Positions 47,044 through 58,980 of a stretch of 64,000 bases of DNA are shown piece after piece. Position 1 is the first letter of the stretch, and each line of letters begins with the position of its first letter. Position numbers and translations under genes: made by a program. Below the pieces are notes generated by a model, which saw only the letters and a list, made by a program, of their open reading frames with translations, searched no databases and was not told where the DNA came from. Source of the DNA: Macrostomum lignano (lineage: Eukaryota); assembly GCA_002269645.1 (NCBI GenBank), contig NIVC01000662.1, positions 124,001 through 188,000 of the forward strand, read 5' to 3'.

Positions 47044-48687
47044 ATGCTTACGGACGCGGCTAAAAGAAAGATTTCCTCCTACCTTGTGCTCGTCATTTTC
47101 TTCCTCTACAAGTCATCGGAAAGCCTATTGCAGCCATCCATTCGTATCTACATCTACCAGGAGGTGTGCATAGCCGAGGGACTGCCAGCCGAAGTCTGCA
47201 ACGTCCACAAGCCGAACGCTTGGTCCCAGTCTCACCAGCCACCAGCAGTGTCTGTCGAGCAGCAGAACGATATGCAACGTACGGTGTCAAACTATCTATT
47301 GATTTATCGAATTCTGCTTAATCTGCCGGCCGTGTTCTTCTGCCTGTTTGCCGGATCCTGGAGCGACAGGGTTGGGCGCAAGTACCCGATGATGCTACCA
47401 CCGCTTGGCGCAGTTTTAGCAGTGTTCTGTTTCGCACTCAGCACAATGCCCGGCACAGCCACCCTCACCTGGGTAATGATAGGCGCCACTATTTACGGAT
47501 TTTTTGGCAAGTCGACTGTCATGACCATGGCCTGCACCAGCTACGTTGCAGACACCAGCAGCCGGGAGGATCGCACTGAGCTGCTTGGCCGCCTGCTTGC
47601 CATGAACTTTTTTGGCATCTTCTTCGGCTCTCTGCTCACGGGCGTGTTCCAAAGCCTGGGCGACATTTACGCCATGCTGATTACCAATTTGGTGATCAAC
47701 CTTCTGCTAGAACTGGCCATCGTGGTGCTTGTCCGAGAGTCGGTGGAAACCGCTGACACAGCCAGCTGCGCCCAGCTTGCCTGTCCCTGCGTCAACACCG
47801 CCACTTGGAGCCTCTCGGTGCGCGACTCAATCGGCTTTCTGATGCAGAAGCGGCCCCAGCAGCTCAGTCTCATATTCCTGTTTGCCTCCCTGTGCGTTAA
47901 TCAGATCTGCAAGCAAGGTGAGCAGGACGTAATTCTGCTGCTGGTCGAGCACGAGCCGTTCAATTGGCCGGGAGAATACTATGGCTACTACCTGTCAGTC
48001 TATTATGCCTGCATGGGCCTCAACCTGATTCTGGCGCTGCCGCTGCTTACCCGCTACCTCCAGCCAACCGACGCAGCTTTGGTAGCATTTGGCCTGCTAA
48101 TGAAGACAATTCGCTTAGTAATCACCAGTCTGGCGGAGACCACCTGGCTGCTGTTTGCCAGCGCCGTTCTCGGCTGCTTCGCCGGCTTCATCGTCTCGGC
48201 CACAAAGTCGATGACGTCCAAGCTGGTGGACGAGAGCGAGACAGGACAGACCTTCTCGCTGCTGTCATGCGCCGAGGCGCTAGCGAATCTGCTTGGCCCG
48301 GCGATGTTCAACCCGATCTACGGAGCCACCGTCGACATGTTCCCGGGCATGGTGTTCAGCCTGGACGCCTGTTTGCACTTCTTCCTAATGTGCTGCTTCC
48401 TAAGGCTCTACCTGCTTCAGCACCAAGAGAATTCAACGTCCGAGACTACGCCAGTGCTCGGCTCGGCGTCAATCAATCTGCAGTCACCGTCGTCATTATT
48501 TGAACAGCAGCTGCGTCCGCCGCAGCCGCCCAGTATTCGAATTCATGGTGTACGGAAACGTTCGGCAGCCGCGGCCGGCGAGGCTGACGAGGACGGCGAA
48601 GAAGACGGGAAAGAGGTGGACTGCGTCAGCGACTCTGACGATGGAGACCGACGATCAGCGATGCTAGACGCTGCGTGTGCGCACTAG
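47044..48687 (+). CDS. SLC46A: SLC46 (PCFT/HCP1)-family MFS transporter, intronless, 547 aa
   Basis: IYIYQEVC N-terminal segment; AGSWSDRVGRKYPMMLPPLG; SYVADTSSREDRT; SKLVDESETGQTFSLLSCAEALANLLGP.FNPIYGAT; about 12 TM segments; acidic C-tail. Confidence 0.92.
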   Translation: MLTDAAKRKISSYLVLVIFFLYKSSESLLQPSIRIYIYQEVCIAEGLPAEVCNVHKPNAWSQSHQPPAVSVEQQNDMQRTVSNYLLIYRILLNLPAVFFCLFAGSWSDRVGRKYPMMLPPLGAVLAVFCFALSTMPGTATLTWVMIGATIYGFFGKSTVMTMACTSYVADTSSREDRTELLGRLLAMNFFGIFFGSLLTGVFQSLGDIYAMLITNLVINLLLELAIVVLVRESVETADTASCAQLACPCVNTATWSLSVRDSIGFLMQKRPQQLSLIFLFASLCVNQICKQGEQDVILLLVEHEPFNWPGEYYGYYLSVYYACMGLNLILALPLLTRYLQPTDAALVAFGLLMKTIRLVITSLAETTWLLFASAVLGCFAGFIVSATKSMTSKLVDESETGQTFSLLSCAEALANLLGPAMFNPIYGATVDMFPGMVFSLDACLHFFLMCCFLRLYLLQHQENSTSETTPVLGSASINLQSPSSLFEQQLRPPQPPSIRIHGVRKRSAAAAGEADEDGEEDGKEVDCVSDSDDGDRRSAMLDAACAH

Positions 48688-49289
48688 TTTGGTTTCAACG
48701 ATAAAATGATGCACTGAACACCCTGCAAGATGGGACTTTGTCCACTCGATGTTGTCTAACGCTCTCGGATTGACTTAGTCAGTCTTAGAAAAATAATAGA
48801 AGCTTAGTTACCATCCATTTTAAATTAGCTACAAAGCTTTGAATAGAGATTTCTGCTTTCGTCTTCATGTTCGTGAAAACGACTTAAAATGGACCCGAAT
48901 AAAAGTGGAAATAGAAGAAAAAGTTTAAATCCATCATACGAGCTAGTTATTTGTCTTTCAATATATGTCTTCTTATATACAGCTTCTAGGAGTAGGAAGC
49001 TCCCTTGGAGGCGTTGACGATTCGAGGTCGCCTCACCCACCCTCAAAACATGCAACAAAAAAGCATGCTGTCAAAAGGTGTAAAAAGAAAATGTGAACAG
49101 GTCGATGGTCTGTGGGCACGGCCTGGCGCAACGTATTCGGCGATATCGTCTTACAACCAGCGCTGACCTCCGACTCCTGAGCACATACAGGCTTGTACAA
49201 TCTCTGAGCCTTAGGGGTTGGCACTCCTTTTCATTTAGCGCGGAGCTGCTCTGCCTCTCAAGTATTGGGCGCAGAGAATCTGAATAAAT

Positions 49290-49600
49290 GGTCAAAAAAA
49301 TGTTGCAGGGAGGGAAACGAGCTGTACGAGTATTAAATGGTGAAAGATGCGAAAGTCTCGAAAAAGATCACTGAAAACATCGAAAAATGGAATCCCAAAG
49401 AACTCCAGCACGAACTTTCACAGCTATATTTAGAAGAAAAAATGGATTGTTGATTCCCAGCCTCAAACTGATCGAAGAAATGACAGCGGGGAAGCAAACA
49501 GATCGAGAGCGCTCTTTAAGAGGCCTCAAAACGAGTGGCCGCCATCGTCTCTCGATCGTCTTCTTGAGCACTAAATCCCAAAGAAAATGAGACGCTATGC
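49290..49600 (+). mobile_element. Possible Crypton-like (tyrosine recombinase) remnant
   Basis: Frameshifted pieces ITENIEKWNPKELQHELSQLYLEE and IFRRKNG...SLKLI loosely resemble the Crypton/DUF3504 N-terminal region. Weak. Confidence 0.25.
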
Positions 49601-49929
49601 GTCGTCAGCAGAGCTAAGTCCCATCCTAGATGAAGAATCTGGATCGGGGGGAGTTCGGACAGGGGATTAACCGCTGCAGCGGAGAAGCGCTAATTACCTC
49701 GCTGATCGTTTGGCCTAACCAAATGCAAGAGGAAGACTGCTGGACTAACGCTTCAAGGATTCCCTATTGCCTACCAGGATCAACGCTAACAAAATCGAAA
49801 TGGATGCCGCAGTGACCCACAAGGCAAATTGCTGCCATACGAGTATCTGCACCAGCATCTGTACTATTAACTGGCACATTGTAGTAAGCTTAAAAATTAC
49901 CACCGCTAATGCAAACTAAGAAGTCTTTA

Positions 49930-51140
49930 GATGGACTGGGATGCCTGTAGATGGACTGGGAAGCCTATAGATGGACTAGGAAGCCTGTAGATGGATGGAC
50001 TGGGATGCCTGTAGATGGACTGGGAAGCCTATAGATGGACTAGGAAGCCTGTAGATGGATGGACTGGGAAGCCTGTAGATGGATGGACTGGGAAGCCTGT
50101 AGATGGACTAGGAAGCCTGTAGATGGATGGACTGGGATGCCTGTAGATGGACTGGGAAGCCTATAGATGGACTAGGAAGCCTGTAGATGGATGGACTGGG
50201 AAGCCTGTAGATGGATGGACTGGGAAGCCTGTAGATGGATGGACTGGGAAGCCTGTAGATGGACTGGGAAGCTTCTAGATAGATAGACTGGAAAGCCTGT
50301 AGATGAACTGGAAAGCCTGAAGGTGGACTGGAAAGCCTGAAGGTGGACTGGGAAGCTTCTAGATAGATAGACTGGAAAGCCTGTAGATGAACTGGAAAGC
50401 CTGAAGGTGGACTGGAAAGCCTGAAGGTGGACTGGGAAGCATCTAGATAGATGGACTGGGAAGCCTCTAGATAGATGGACTGGGAAGCCTCTAGATAGAT
50501 GGACTGGGAAGCCTCTAGATAGATGGACTGGGAAGCCTCTAGATAGATGGACTGGGAAGCCTCTAGATAGATGGACTGGGAAGCCTCTAGATAGGTGGAC
50601 TGGGAAGCCTCTAGATAGATGGACTGAGAAGCCTCTAGATAGATGGACTGGGAAGCCTCTAGATAGATGGACTGGGAAGCCTCTAGATAGATGGACTGGG
50701 AAGCCTCTAGATAGATGGAGTGGGAAGCCTCTAGATAGATGGACTGGGAAGCCTGTAGGTGGACTGGGAAGCCTGTAGGTGGACTGGGAAGCCTGTAGGT
50801 GGACTGGGAAGCCTGTAGGTGGACTGGGAAGCCTGTATGTGGACTGGGAAGCCTGTAGGTGGACTGGGAAGCCTGTATGTGGACTGGGAAGCCTGTATGT
50901 GGACTGGGAAGCCTGTATGTGAACTGGGAAGCCTGTAGGTGGACTGGGAAGCCTGTAGGTGGACTGGGAAGCCTGTAGGTGGACTGGGAAGCCTGTAGGT
51001 GGACTGGGAAGCCTGTAGGTGGACTGGGAAGCCTGTAGGTGGACTGGGAAGCCGGTAGGTGGACTGGGAAGCCTGTAGGTGGACTGGGAAGCCTGTAGGT
51101 GGATTGGGAAGCCTGTAGGTGGACTGGGAAGCCTGTAGGT
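49930..51140. repeat. 20/24-bp minisatellite (GGACTGGGAAGCCTGTA(GAT/GGT)) with three variant blocks
   Basis: About 55 units. Confidence 0.96.
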
Positions 51141-51344
51141 CATGGGTGGGCAAACTCCGGCCCACGGGTCAAATGTGACCTTGATAGCCTGGGATCATCC
51201 GGCCCTCGGGTTCTTTGAAACTTCACAATAGCAATCCGGCCCGCTCAATGTTTATATCTCTTCTCAGCGCTCTTCTCTCTAATCTCCTCTCTATTCTCTT
51301 CCTCTCTTCTCTTCTCTATCATCAAAAAAGTTTGCCGAACCCTG
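51141..51344. mobile_element. hAT-type MITE (204 bp) inserted in the last unit of the minisatellite
   Basis: TIRs CATGGGTGGGCAAACT / AGTTTGCCGAACCCTG. Exact 8-bp TSD CTGTAGGT at 51133-51140 and 51345-51352. Confidence 0.88.
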
Positions 51345-52519
51345 CTGTAGGTGGACTGGTAAGCTAACTAAAAACCTCTACATTAACATACTCAGACTAG
51401 CTCAGCTACAGCTCATCTTAATTATGATAAATAAACAAGAATTCCTAATTTTCCAAGAACTCAGTAATAAACATTAATTATTGTTTGAGCATATTAATAA
51501 TGCATGCGCTTGCTATGAAGATTGGCACAAAAATATATTTCTCTCACCGCAAATTAAAGAATGAAAACAAAGACAGAAAATTGGTAAAGATAAGCAACTA
51601 GGCCAAGAAGAGTAATACATAGTAATAGATTTGCTTTTTAGTACAGCCAAGTTCAAATCAGAACAGACAAGATCTCAATATAAATATACAAGTAGATTAG
51701 TTTAAGATCCGTATATTCTAATAGTGACACAAAAATCTACAATTTAACCTAACTTTAGATATTGCGCGCTTAAGCTACTCATAGTAGACACAAGGTGTGT
51801 ATGCAGAGTTATTTTTACAATAGATTTGCTCATACAATTCAATTTCTTGAAGATAAAAGCAGGAACAGCACAGAGCCAGGTAACAAAACGGATGCACAAG
51901 AAAAATCAATGCAAATAACGAACCAACGGAAGAAGTCTCCACACAGCAGCAATCAAGCAACCAAAAAGAAATTACACAAAGTAAAAAGGTGGCAAAACAC
52001 CTTTAATCTAAACTGTCAAATTATCCAAAAAATGTTGCACATCAAGCATAGTTTAAAAACAGTCTTCACATTTCTTCAATTAAGACTGCTTCTTGCATAG
52101 GCCTTTAAAAGCCTGAAGAGTTGAAACAGACGCATGCAATTTGTCACTAGAATAGAGGATAGATGTCAATAGATACTTCAAATATGATTTGTTCTGAAGC
52201 GCTACCGGGGAGGCAATAGAGAGTTGAGTAAAGAAAGCAGACAAGCTGTCATTTTTAGTAAGCATATTAGTAACCAGGCGTTATAGATGGCTTCAAAGCA
52301 CTGAAGTAAGACAAAGGACTTGTCTGCATGGCGTGTAATGTCTCTAACTTCCAGGGTTACAGTTGGATTGGTAAGCAGACAATTAAGGGGAAATTAAAAT
52401 CAGGATTCACTAAGAAACACATTATGGGATGGTATCACTAAGGATGCAATACTTACAAAATTTGCCCTAAGTCGAGTTCATATTCAGATTACTGAGAATT
52501 TAAGTGTGGAAAATCCCCA

Positions 52520-52970
52520 GGCCGCAGCCCCAAGTCAAGGCAAATGGAAATACCCCAGCCTAGCCAAGGTCAAATTTCGATTAACATTGCAATTCAAATG
52601 GAAAAACCCCAACTCTAAGTCAAGGTCACATTTCGATTACCATGGCAATTCAAATGGAAAAACCCCAACTCTAAGTCAAGGTCACATTTCGATTACCATG
52701 GCAATTCAAATGGAAAAACCCCAACTCTAAGTCAAGGTCACATTTCGATTACCATGGCAATTCAAATGGAAAAACCCCAACTCTAAGTCAAGGTCACATT
52801 TCGATTACCATGGTAATTTAAATGGAAAAACCCCAGCTCTAAGTCAAGGTCACATTTCGATTACCGTGGTAATGCGAATGGAAAAACCCCAGCCCTAAGT
52901 CAAGGTCATATTATTAAAATTTGCTTGGAAATCCTTATGGAAAAAGCCCAGACCAAAAGTCAAGGTCACA
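52520..52970. repeat. 56-bp minisatellite downstream of the ENPP stop, core AAGTCAAGGTCA
   Basis: About 8 units. Confidence 0.93.
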
Positions 52971-52995
52971 AAATAATCAACAAAAACAAGCAGAT

Positions 52996-53586
52996 TTAAA
53001 AGTCCTCATCGTCCAGGCTAAGCGGCAGCCGATCGTGATGATTGAAACCGCCGCCGCCCCGACCTCCGCTACTATTAGTAGTATCGTCTAGCAGTCCGAA
53101 CCGCCGATTGCGCCGATACAAGCTAGTCCGGTAGGCTCGCATAGCGCCTAGGGCGAACACGCTAGTCAAACAGGCGACTAGCAGGAATGACACAAAAGTT
53201 GTCACCAGAGTCGACGACAAATAGAACGACTTTCCAGCCTCGTCGTCGTCGTCGTCATCGCGTAGGATGGCTCTGATTGGCTCGGCCAGTTTCGGGCCGG
53301 CATCGTGCTCGGAGGCGTGCAGGCCCAGCAGCTCGCAGCACAGTGGATAAATATTCACCAGGCGGACCTGCGACACTGTTCGATTGGCTAGAAATGCCGG
53401 GCCCCATGCGGCGAAGATCGGGTGCATATCCGGATCCGAATTATTGTATCCGTGATCCCCTAATCGCTCGCCACTTGTCAATACTTTATATTCATCGCAG
53501 GTATTGTTGTACACTATGGCTGAGTGCAGCTTAGCCACGAGAAAGATTGGCGCAATGCGCCTGTTATAGTTATAATGACTGCGGAT
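52996..53586 (-). CDS. ENPP4/5: ENPP4/5-like ectonucleotide pyrophosphatase, exon 4 (C-terminal TM)
   Basis: accgcag|ATC, phase 0. HYNYNRRIAPI, GDHGYNN..DMHPIFAAWGPAF, VNIYPLCCELLGL, then a hydrophobic TM and short tail. Confidence 0.92.
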   Translation of the reverse strand: MRSHYNYNRRIAPIFLVAKLHSAIVYNNTCDEYKVLTSGERLGDHGYNNSDPDMHPIFAAWGPAFLANRTVSQVRLVNIYPLCCELLGLHASEHDAGPKLAEPIRAILRDDDDDDEAGKSFYLSSTLVTTFVSFLLVACLTSVFALGAMRAYRTSLYRRNRRFGLLDDTTNSSGGRGGGGFNHHDRLPLSLDDEDF

Positions 53587-53654
53587 CTGCGGTGGCGTAA
53601 ATAAAAATATTTATGATTAACACGCGTCTATTCACATAAACATATCATGCCTTA

Positions 53655-54350
53655 TTGGGTAAACCCCAGCCCCAATTGTCAAGGTCATATCATCTAGGCT
53701 ACTAAGGAGTCCGTATGGGAAAACCCCAGCCCCAAGTCAAGGTAATATCTAGTCTAGGCTACTAAGGAGTCCGTATGGGAAAACCCAGCCCCAAGTCAAG
53801 GTCATATCTAGTCTAGGCTACTAAGGAGTCCGTATGGGAAAACCCCAGCCCCAATTGTCAAGGTCATATCATCTAGGCTACTAAGGAGTCCGTATGGGAA
53901 AACCCCAGCCCCAAGTCAAGGTAATATCTAGTCTAGGCTACTAAGGAGTCCGTATGGGAAAACCCAGCCCCAAGTCAAGGTAATATCTAGTCTAGGCTAC
54001 TAAGGAGTCCGTATGGGAAAACCCCAGCCCCAAGTCAAGGTCATATCTAGTCTAGGCTACTAAGGAGTCCGTATGGGAAAACCCAGCCCCAAGTCAAGGT
54101 CATATCTAGTCTAGGCTACTAAGGAGTCCGTATGGGAAAACCCCAGCCCCAAGTCAAGGTCATATTTAGTTTAGGCTACTAAGGAGTCCGTATGGAAAAC
54201 CCCAGCAGCAAGTCAAGGTCATATCTAGTCTAGGCTACTAAGGAGTCCGTATGGGAAAACCCAGCCCCAAGTCAAGGTCATATTTAGTTTAGGCTACTAA
54301 GGAGTCCGTATTTGAAAACCCCAGCCCCAAGTCAAGGTAATATCTAGTGT
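53655..54350. repeat. ~60-bp intronic minisatellite, core AAAACCCCAGCCCCAAGTCAAGGT(C/A)A
   Basis: About 12 units; shares its core with the 56-bp array. Confidence 0.94.
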
Positions 54351-54486
54351 AGGTATGCACTAATATTTTCGAAACTACTTAGTTTAATATTCAATAAAGA
54401 CTTGCTAAATTCTCAAGACGAGAGTTAACTTCCGATATGTAGCGTAATAAACTTTAACAACAACCAATACAAATGACCCAACCTAC

Positions 54487-54801
54487 CAGCCATGGATCGC
54501 CTTTGCGCAGCACAGTGAATGGCTGATTCGCGCTAGCAGCTTTAAGTTTGTCAAAAACAATCTGCTCCTTGCCGGCAGCCGGCCACACGTGCCAAGCGGT
54601 GTAGTCATGACTCAATTCAGCATTGTACAAACTCCTGTTAACAATGGTATCCATGAAGATCACCTTAGACTTGTCCAGCTTAGTCATGCCGTGATCGCTA
54701 GTCAGTATAATGTTCACTTTGCCTTTCAGTTTCTTGCTAGATTCGAAACGGTCCAGGAGTCGACTGAGATGATCATTGAGAGTTTGCACCATTTCTAGAA
54801 T
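54487..54801 (-). CDS. ENPP4/5: ENPP4/5-like exon 3
   Basis: ttttccag|ATT...CTG|GTAGGT, 315 bp. NIILTSDHGM metal-binding motif. Confidence 0.92.
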
Positions 54802-54919
54802 CTGGAAAACAAAAAATAACTTAATTTGACATTAAAAGGAAGACAACTAATCTGAAAACCCTCCCTTCTCTGCAAAGCTTTCACTTGCTCGTTGCTCTGG
54901 CACCGAAGTGTCTGGCTAA

Positions 54920-55380
54920 CACTTTCTAATCGTCAGACAGGCATGTACATCACTTTCTAATCGTCAGGTATGTACATCACTTTCTAATCGTCAGGCATGT
55001 ACATCACTTTCTAATCGTCAGGCATGTACATCACTTTCTAATCGTCAGGCATGTACATCACTTTCTAATCGTCAGGCATGTACATCACTTTCTAATCGTC
55101 AGGCATGTACATCACTTTCTAATCGTCAGGCATGTACATCACTTTCTACTCGTCAGGTATGTACATCACTTTCTACTCGTCAGGTATGTACATCACTTTC
55201 TACTCGTCAGGCATGTACATCACTTTCTACTCGTCAGGCATGTACATCACTTTCTACTCGTCAGGCATGTACATCACTTTCTAATCGTCAGGCATGTACA
55301 TCACTTTCTAATCGTCAGGCATGTACATCACTTTCTAATCGTCAGGCATGTACATCACTTTCTAATCGTCAGGCATGTAC
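54920..55380. repeat. 27-bp intronic minisatellite (GGCATGTACATCACTTTCTAATCGTCA)n
   Basis: About 17 units. Confidence 0.96.
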
Positions 55381-55603
55381 ACTCCCTGTGCCTTGGCGAT
55401 TGGCCCTCAACAACCCCCTCCCACGGCCAATTTTCGGGGGCAACCCCTTCCCCCCCAAACAATTAATCAATAAGCAAGCCCCCAGACACATGTGGGTAAT
55501 GATGAAGTTTTAGAATTCTCAAGTTATTCGATAGTTATTCTTACCTAATAAGTTAAATCTAATTATTTACGAAAAGCCCTTTAACTACGCTTTCAAGTCT
55601 TAC

Positions 55604-55786
55604 CTTTGGACTATCTGGTCCAAATTTGTGCCCAGTGGAGTCTGGCTCAGGCAGATAGAGCAGGCTCAGTCTACAGTGTTCGTCAGTTTCAAACCAGTTC
55701 GCAATTCGTTCAATATAATAGTCGGCTTGCATAGCGTTCTGATGGCTGTACAGCCCGAGGCTGTAGGTCGGGTAGGCCGATTTGAT
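55604..55786 (-). CDS. ENPP4/5: ENPP4/5-like exon 2
   Basis: cttgtcag|ATC...AAG|GTAAGA, 183 bp. LLYLPEPDSTGHKFGPDS motif. Confidence 0.92.
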
Positions 55787-56142
55787 CTGACAAGAAAATA
55801 AAACACTTAGATATATAAATGAGTCCAACGAGACTACTTAAAGTAGAAATAGAGATACTCCTTGTATTTTGGCCCAAATTTACCCCCACTCCCCTGGTTC
55901 TTCAGTGAGCAGCTACTCCCATCTGCCATTTCAAAGTACAAAGAATCTAAGTATCCACAAGAGGACTGCTCATTCCGCTGAGTCCTGAGCATGTACAAGC
56001 GCGCCAATACTGTACACGCTCACACAAGGTGTACAGAGGCTCTTTGACTTCTTAATCACCAGGCATGTGCACTCTCTGTGCCTTGAAGGTTGGCCATCAT
56101 GGGCGTGAATCGCACGACAACCCCAATCCGATTCTTTCCTAC

Positions 56143-56637
56143 CTTAGCAGCCGAGGATGGCCAGTTCAGAACAGCGCTATGCAGCTTGTGCCGCTGGGCG
56201 GTCACCCAGATAGGCTCGGGACCGGATGCATCTCTGGACCCATTGTTCCACATAGCTGTTTCAGTGCTGGTGGAAGCATCGAATCCCCGTTGTAGCTCTG
56301 GATCGTAGAACTTATTGGACAGCACGCCGTGGCGCTCCTCGTGCAGTCCAGTAGCGATAGTGTAGTGATTGGGGAACGTCTTGGACACGAAGTCGTCAAT
56401 AACGGTGCGACCGGAGATGCCTTCTTGTTGAAGTCGACGAAATGCGCTGACATTGTAGCCGGACTTGGCAGCTAGGTGAATGTAGTCATGCCGGAATCCA
56501 TCCATAGAGATTAGCAATAACCAATTAGGCATGTGCTCGATATTATGACCCATTGTTGGGCCATCGCATAGCACTATGAAAAGGGCTGCTACTACTGACC
56601 ATTGCCTGATGACTGCTTGCCATTGGATTGCAGGCAT
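56143..56637 (-). CDS. ENPP4/5: ENPP4/5-like exon 1 (signal peptide and catalytic Thr)
   Basis: MPAIQWQ.. signal-like start; LLLISMDGFRHDY; SKTFPNHYTIATGL; EPIWVT; donor AAG|GTAGGA. Confidence 0.93.
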
Positions 56638-58338
56638 CTTTGTTCCAATGATACAACATGAGTTAGCATTGTGAATAAAAAAATAAATAAAAATAAATAA
56701 AATCATTTCTATCTTGGTAATCTTGCTAATTGGTAATTTTTATTGTTAAGTTAACAAAAGTAAAAAGTTGAGTAACTTTAAGTTTTTGTCAATTTTACTC
56801 AGTTAAAAAACCAGTTAATTTTTTAAATATCCACTCAGATATCTATTTAGATCTGCTTAAATATCTGCATAGTGCAACTGAGGTAGTCCTCTTTTTATAG
56901 TACTTATTTACAGTATAGTCTTTTATAGTACTATGAATATACAAGTGTAGTCTGCTGTTTCATAGAAAATACTGCATTTGAATTATGTGCTAAAATTTAG
57001 TTTTAATGTTGTGTTATAAAAAAGTTTCTGAATAAATTTGTTTTAAATCTATCTCTAAAATAGTATAAATAAAACACAGATCTGAGAGGGGCAGACAACT
57101 TCTGCTCACTCTAGCATTTAAACTAAAAATTCTAGCTTAAATCTTCCAAAGTTCAGAAATTAATCAAAATTCATTTTGTGTTTCTTAAAAGGCTTTAATT
57201 GTTTCTAGTCTTTGAGAGACCCTAAATTGGGAGAATTGAAGCCCACTAAAATTGCCTTAGAGCAGTAAATTGCTATAGAGCAGTACAAATGCTTAGAAGC
57301 TATGTATAACCCTCTGGCTCTGATCTTGGGAATGCCTAGGACTGAGAAAAATCCCTTTATAAGAGTAACAGAAATTTAGGAATAGGATAGACAATGTCAA
57401 CAAGACAATGCTTGGGCCAAGAAATAGTATATACTCTATTAGTAGATAAATATATATGCTAACAGTAAGTATATTCATGCATTACCAATAATATAAATAT
57501 GCACTCGTATATATAAAACATTAGTAAAAGTACATAAGTAATAAGAACACTAGAAACCATTGTAGCAGCCAGCTTAGTAGTAGCAATAAGAGTAAATCTA
57601 AATCATAATAGAAAAGTAATATTTAGGACAACTTTGGTAATAGCCTTTTAGATTTTGATAAGACAGGTTAGCCCTTATACAACTTTGGTAACAATGGTGG
57701 TATGATTGTTAAAGAGAGAACAAAGAGCACTATTATAACTTTGGTGTCAGCAGTAGGATAATCTTTAAGAGTAGAAGCAAAACCACTATTACAACATTAG
57801 TGTGAATAATAGAATTATTAATAGACAGAAAAAACCTATTGGTGTTAGATAGCCAATAATTTTGGTAGGGAGGGGGCAAATCTTAGAAGCAAAGAGAGGC
57901 AAGACTTGGGAGGCTATTTCCCAAATTTCCTTTACATTTTCTTTATTATAATATTTTCTTACAAGTTTTTTAGCAATCTTTCTAAAAAGGAGGATGCCTA
58001 GGGCAACTCCTTGACTTTACCTTATCAATTTTATACTTTATTAATTTATTAGTTTTAACATTTTTGGTGTAATCAATAAATTAGTTTGTTCTTGCAAGTT
58101 AATATATGAACTAAATGATATAGAGATATATTCTATATCTTGGAATAAATAATTTTATATTTGTATTATAATATTATCATTTATTATAATTTGACTATTA
58201 TATAATTGTGTTTTTTATATCTTTAAAAAATGTTCAGTTAATAGTAAATAAATAACATGGTTAAGCCTATTTTTCTTTCTTTGTTTAGTTTTAAGCATAG
58301 CATAGAGGTAAGTCAAAAAGATTTATTATTTATGGAGT

Positions 58339-58980
58339 ACTTATAGACATGGTGGCCATGTCTATAATATTGGAGCTTTATAGACATGGCTATAATCATT
58401 GATATAAAAATATGTTCTGTAGGGCTCTCTTACAAGCAAATGGTGGCTTAGTGGATATGTCAATTGCCTTGTGATTGCATATAGCAAGGTTTAAATCCCA
58501 AGTGGTTGGAGTTTTTTTATTTGATTTTTTTGTGAATAGAAATTTTTTGCATCTTGAACTTTTTAAGTTTTTTAGTTAGAATAAAAAAATAATAAATAAT
58601 AATTAACTTAAATTAAATTAAATAAGAGTAATCACTAAATCTTAAAGTGCAGCTGATATGTATCAAAAAAATATTTTTTTTCTAATAGCTACATATATTA
58701 TTATATATTTATGGCCACACTTTTAAGATTTTGTGTTACTTTAAAGAATTTAATTTAATTTTTTAAAACTTCAAATAGAAAAAAACTCCAACCACTTCTA
58801 AGATTTGAACCTTTTCACGCAATCACAAGGCAATTAACTTACCTACTAAGCCACCATTTGCTTATGAGAGAGCCCTACAAAACACATATTTTATTTTGAT
58901 TTTCAATGATTATATACATGGCATAGCCATGCCTATAAGCTCCAATATTACAGACATGGCCAGCCATTGTGTCTCTAAGT
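58339..58980. mobile_element. Old palindromic element with tRNA-like A/B boxes in both arms
   Basis: Arms about 58339-58524 and about 58771-58980 are inverted. A-box-like TGGCTTAGTGG (58444) and B-box-like GGTTTAAATCC (58488); the right arm reads TGGCTTAGTAG and GGTTCAAATCT on the minus strand. Confidence 0.7.

Noticed and set aside
50172-51165. 323-aa and 144-aa repeat ORFs (TYRLPSPPTGFPVHLQASQS)
   Set aside because: A 20-bp minisatellite translated through its three-frame period.
1-55380. Regularly spaced repeats resembling CRISPR arrays
   Set aside because: Units are head-to-tail with no unique spacers, there are no cas genes, and the context is eukaryotic.
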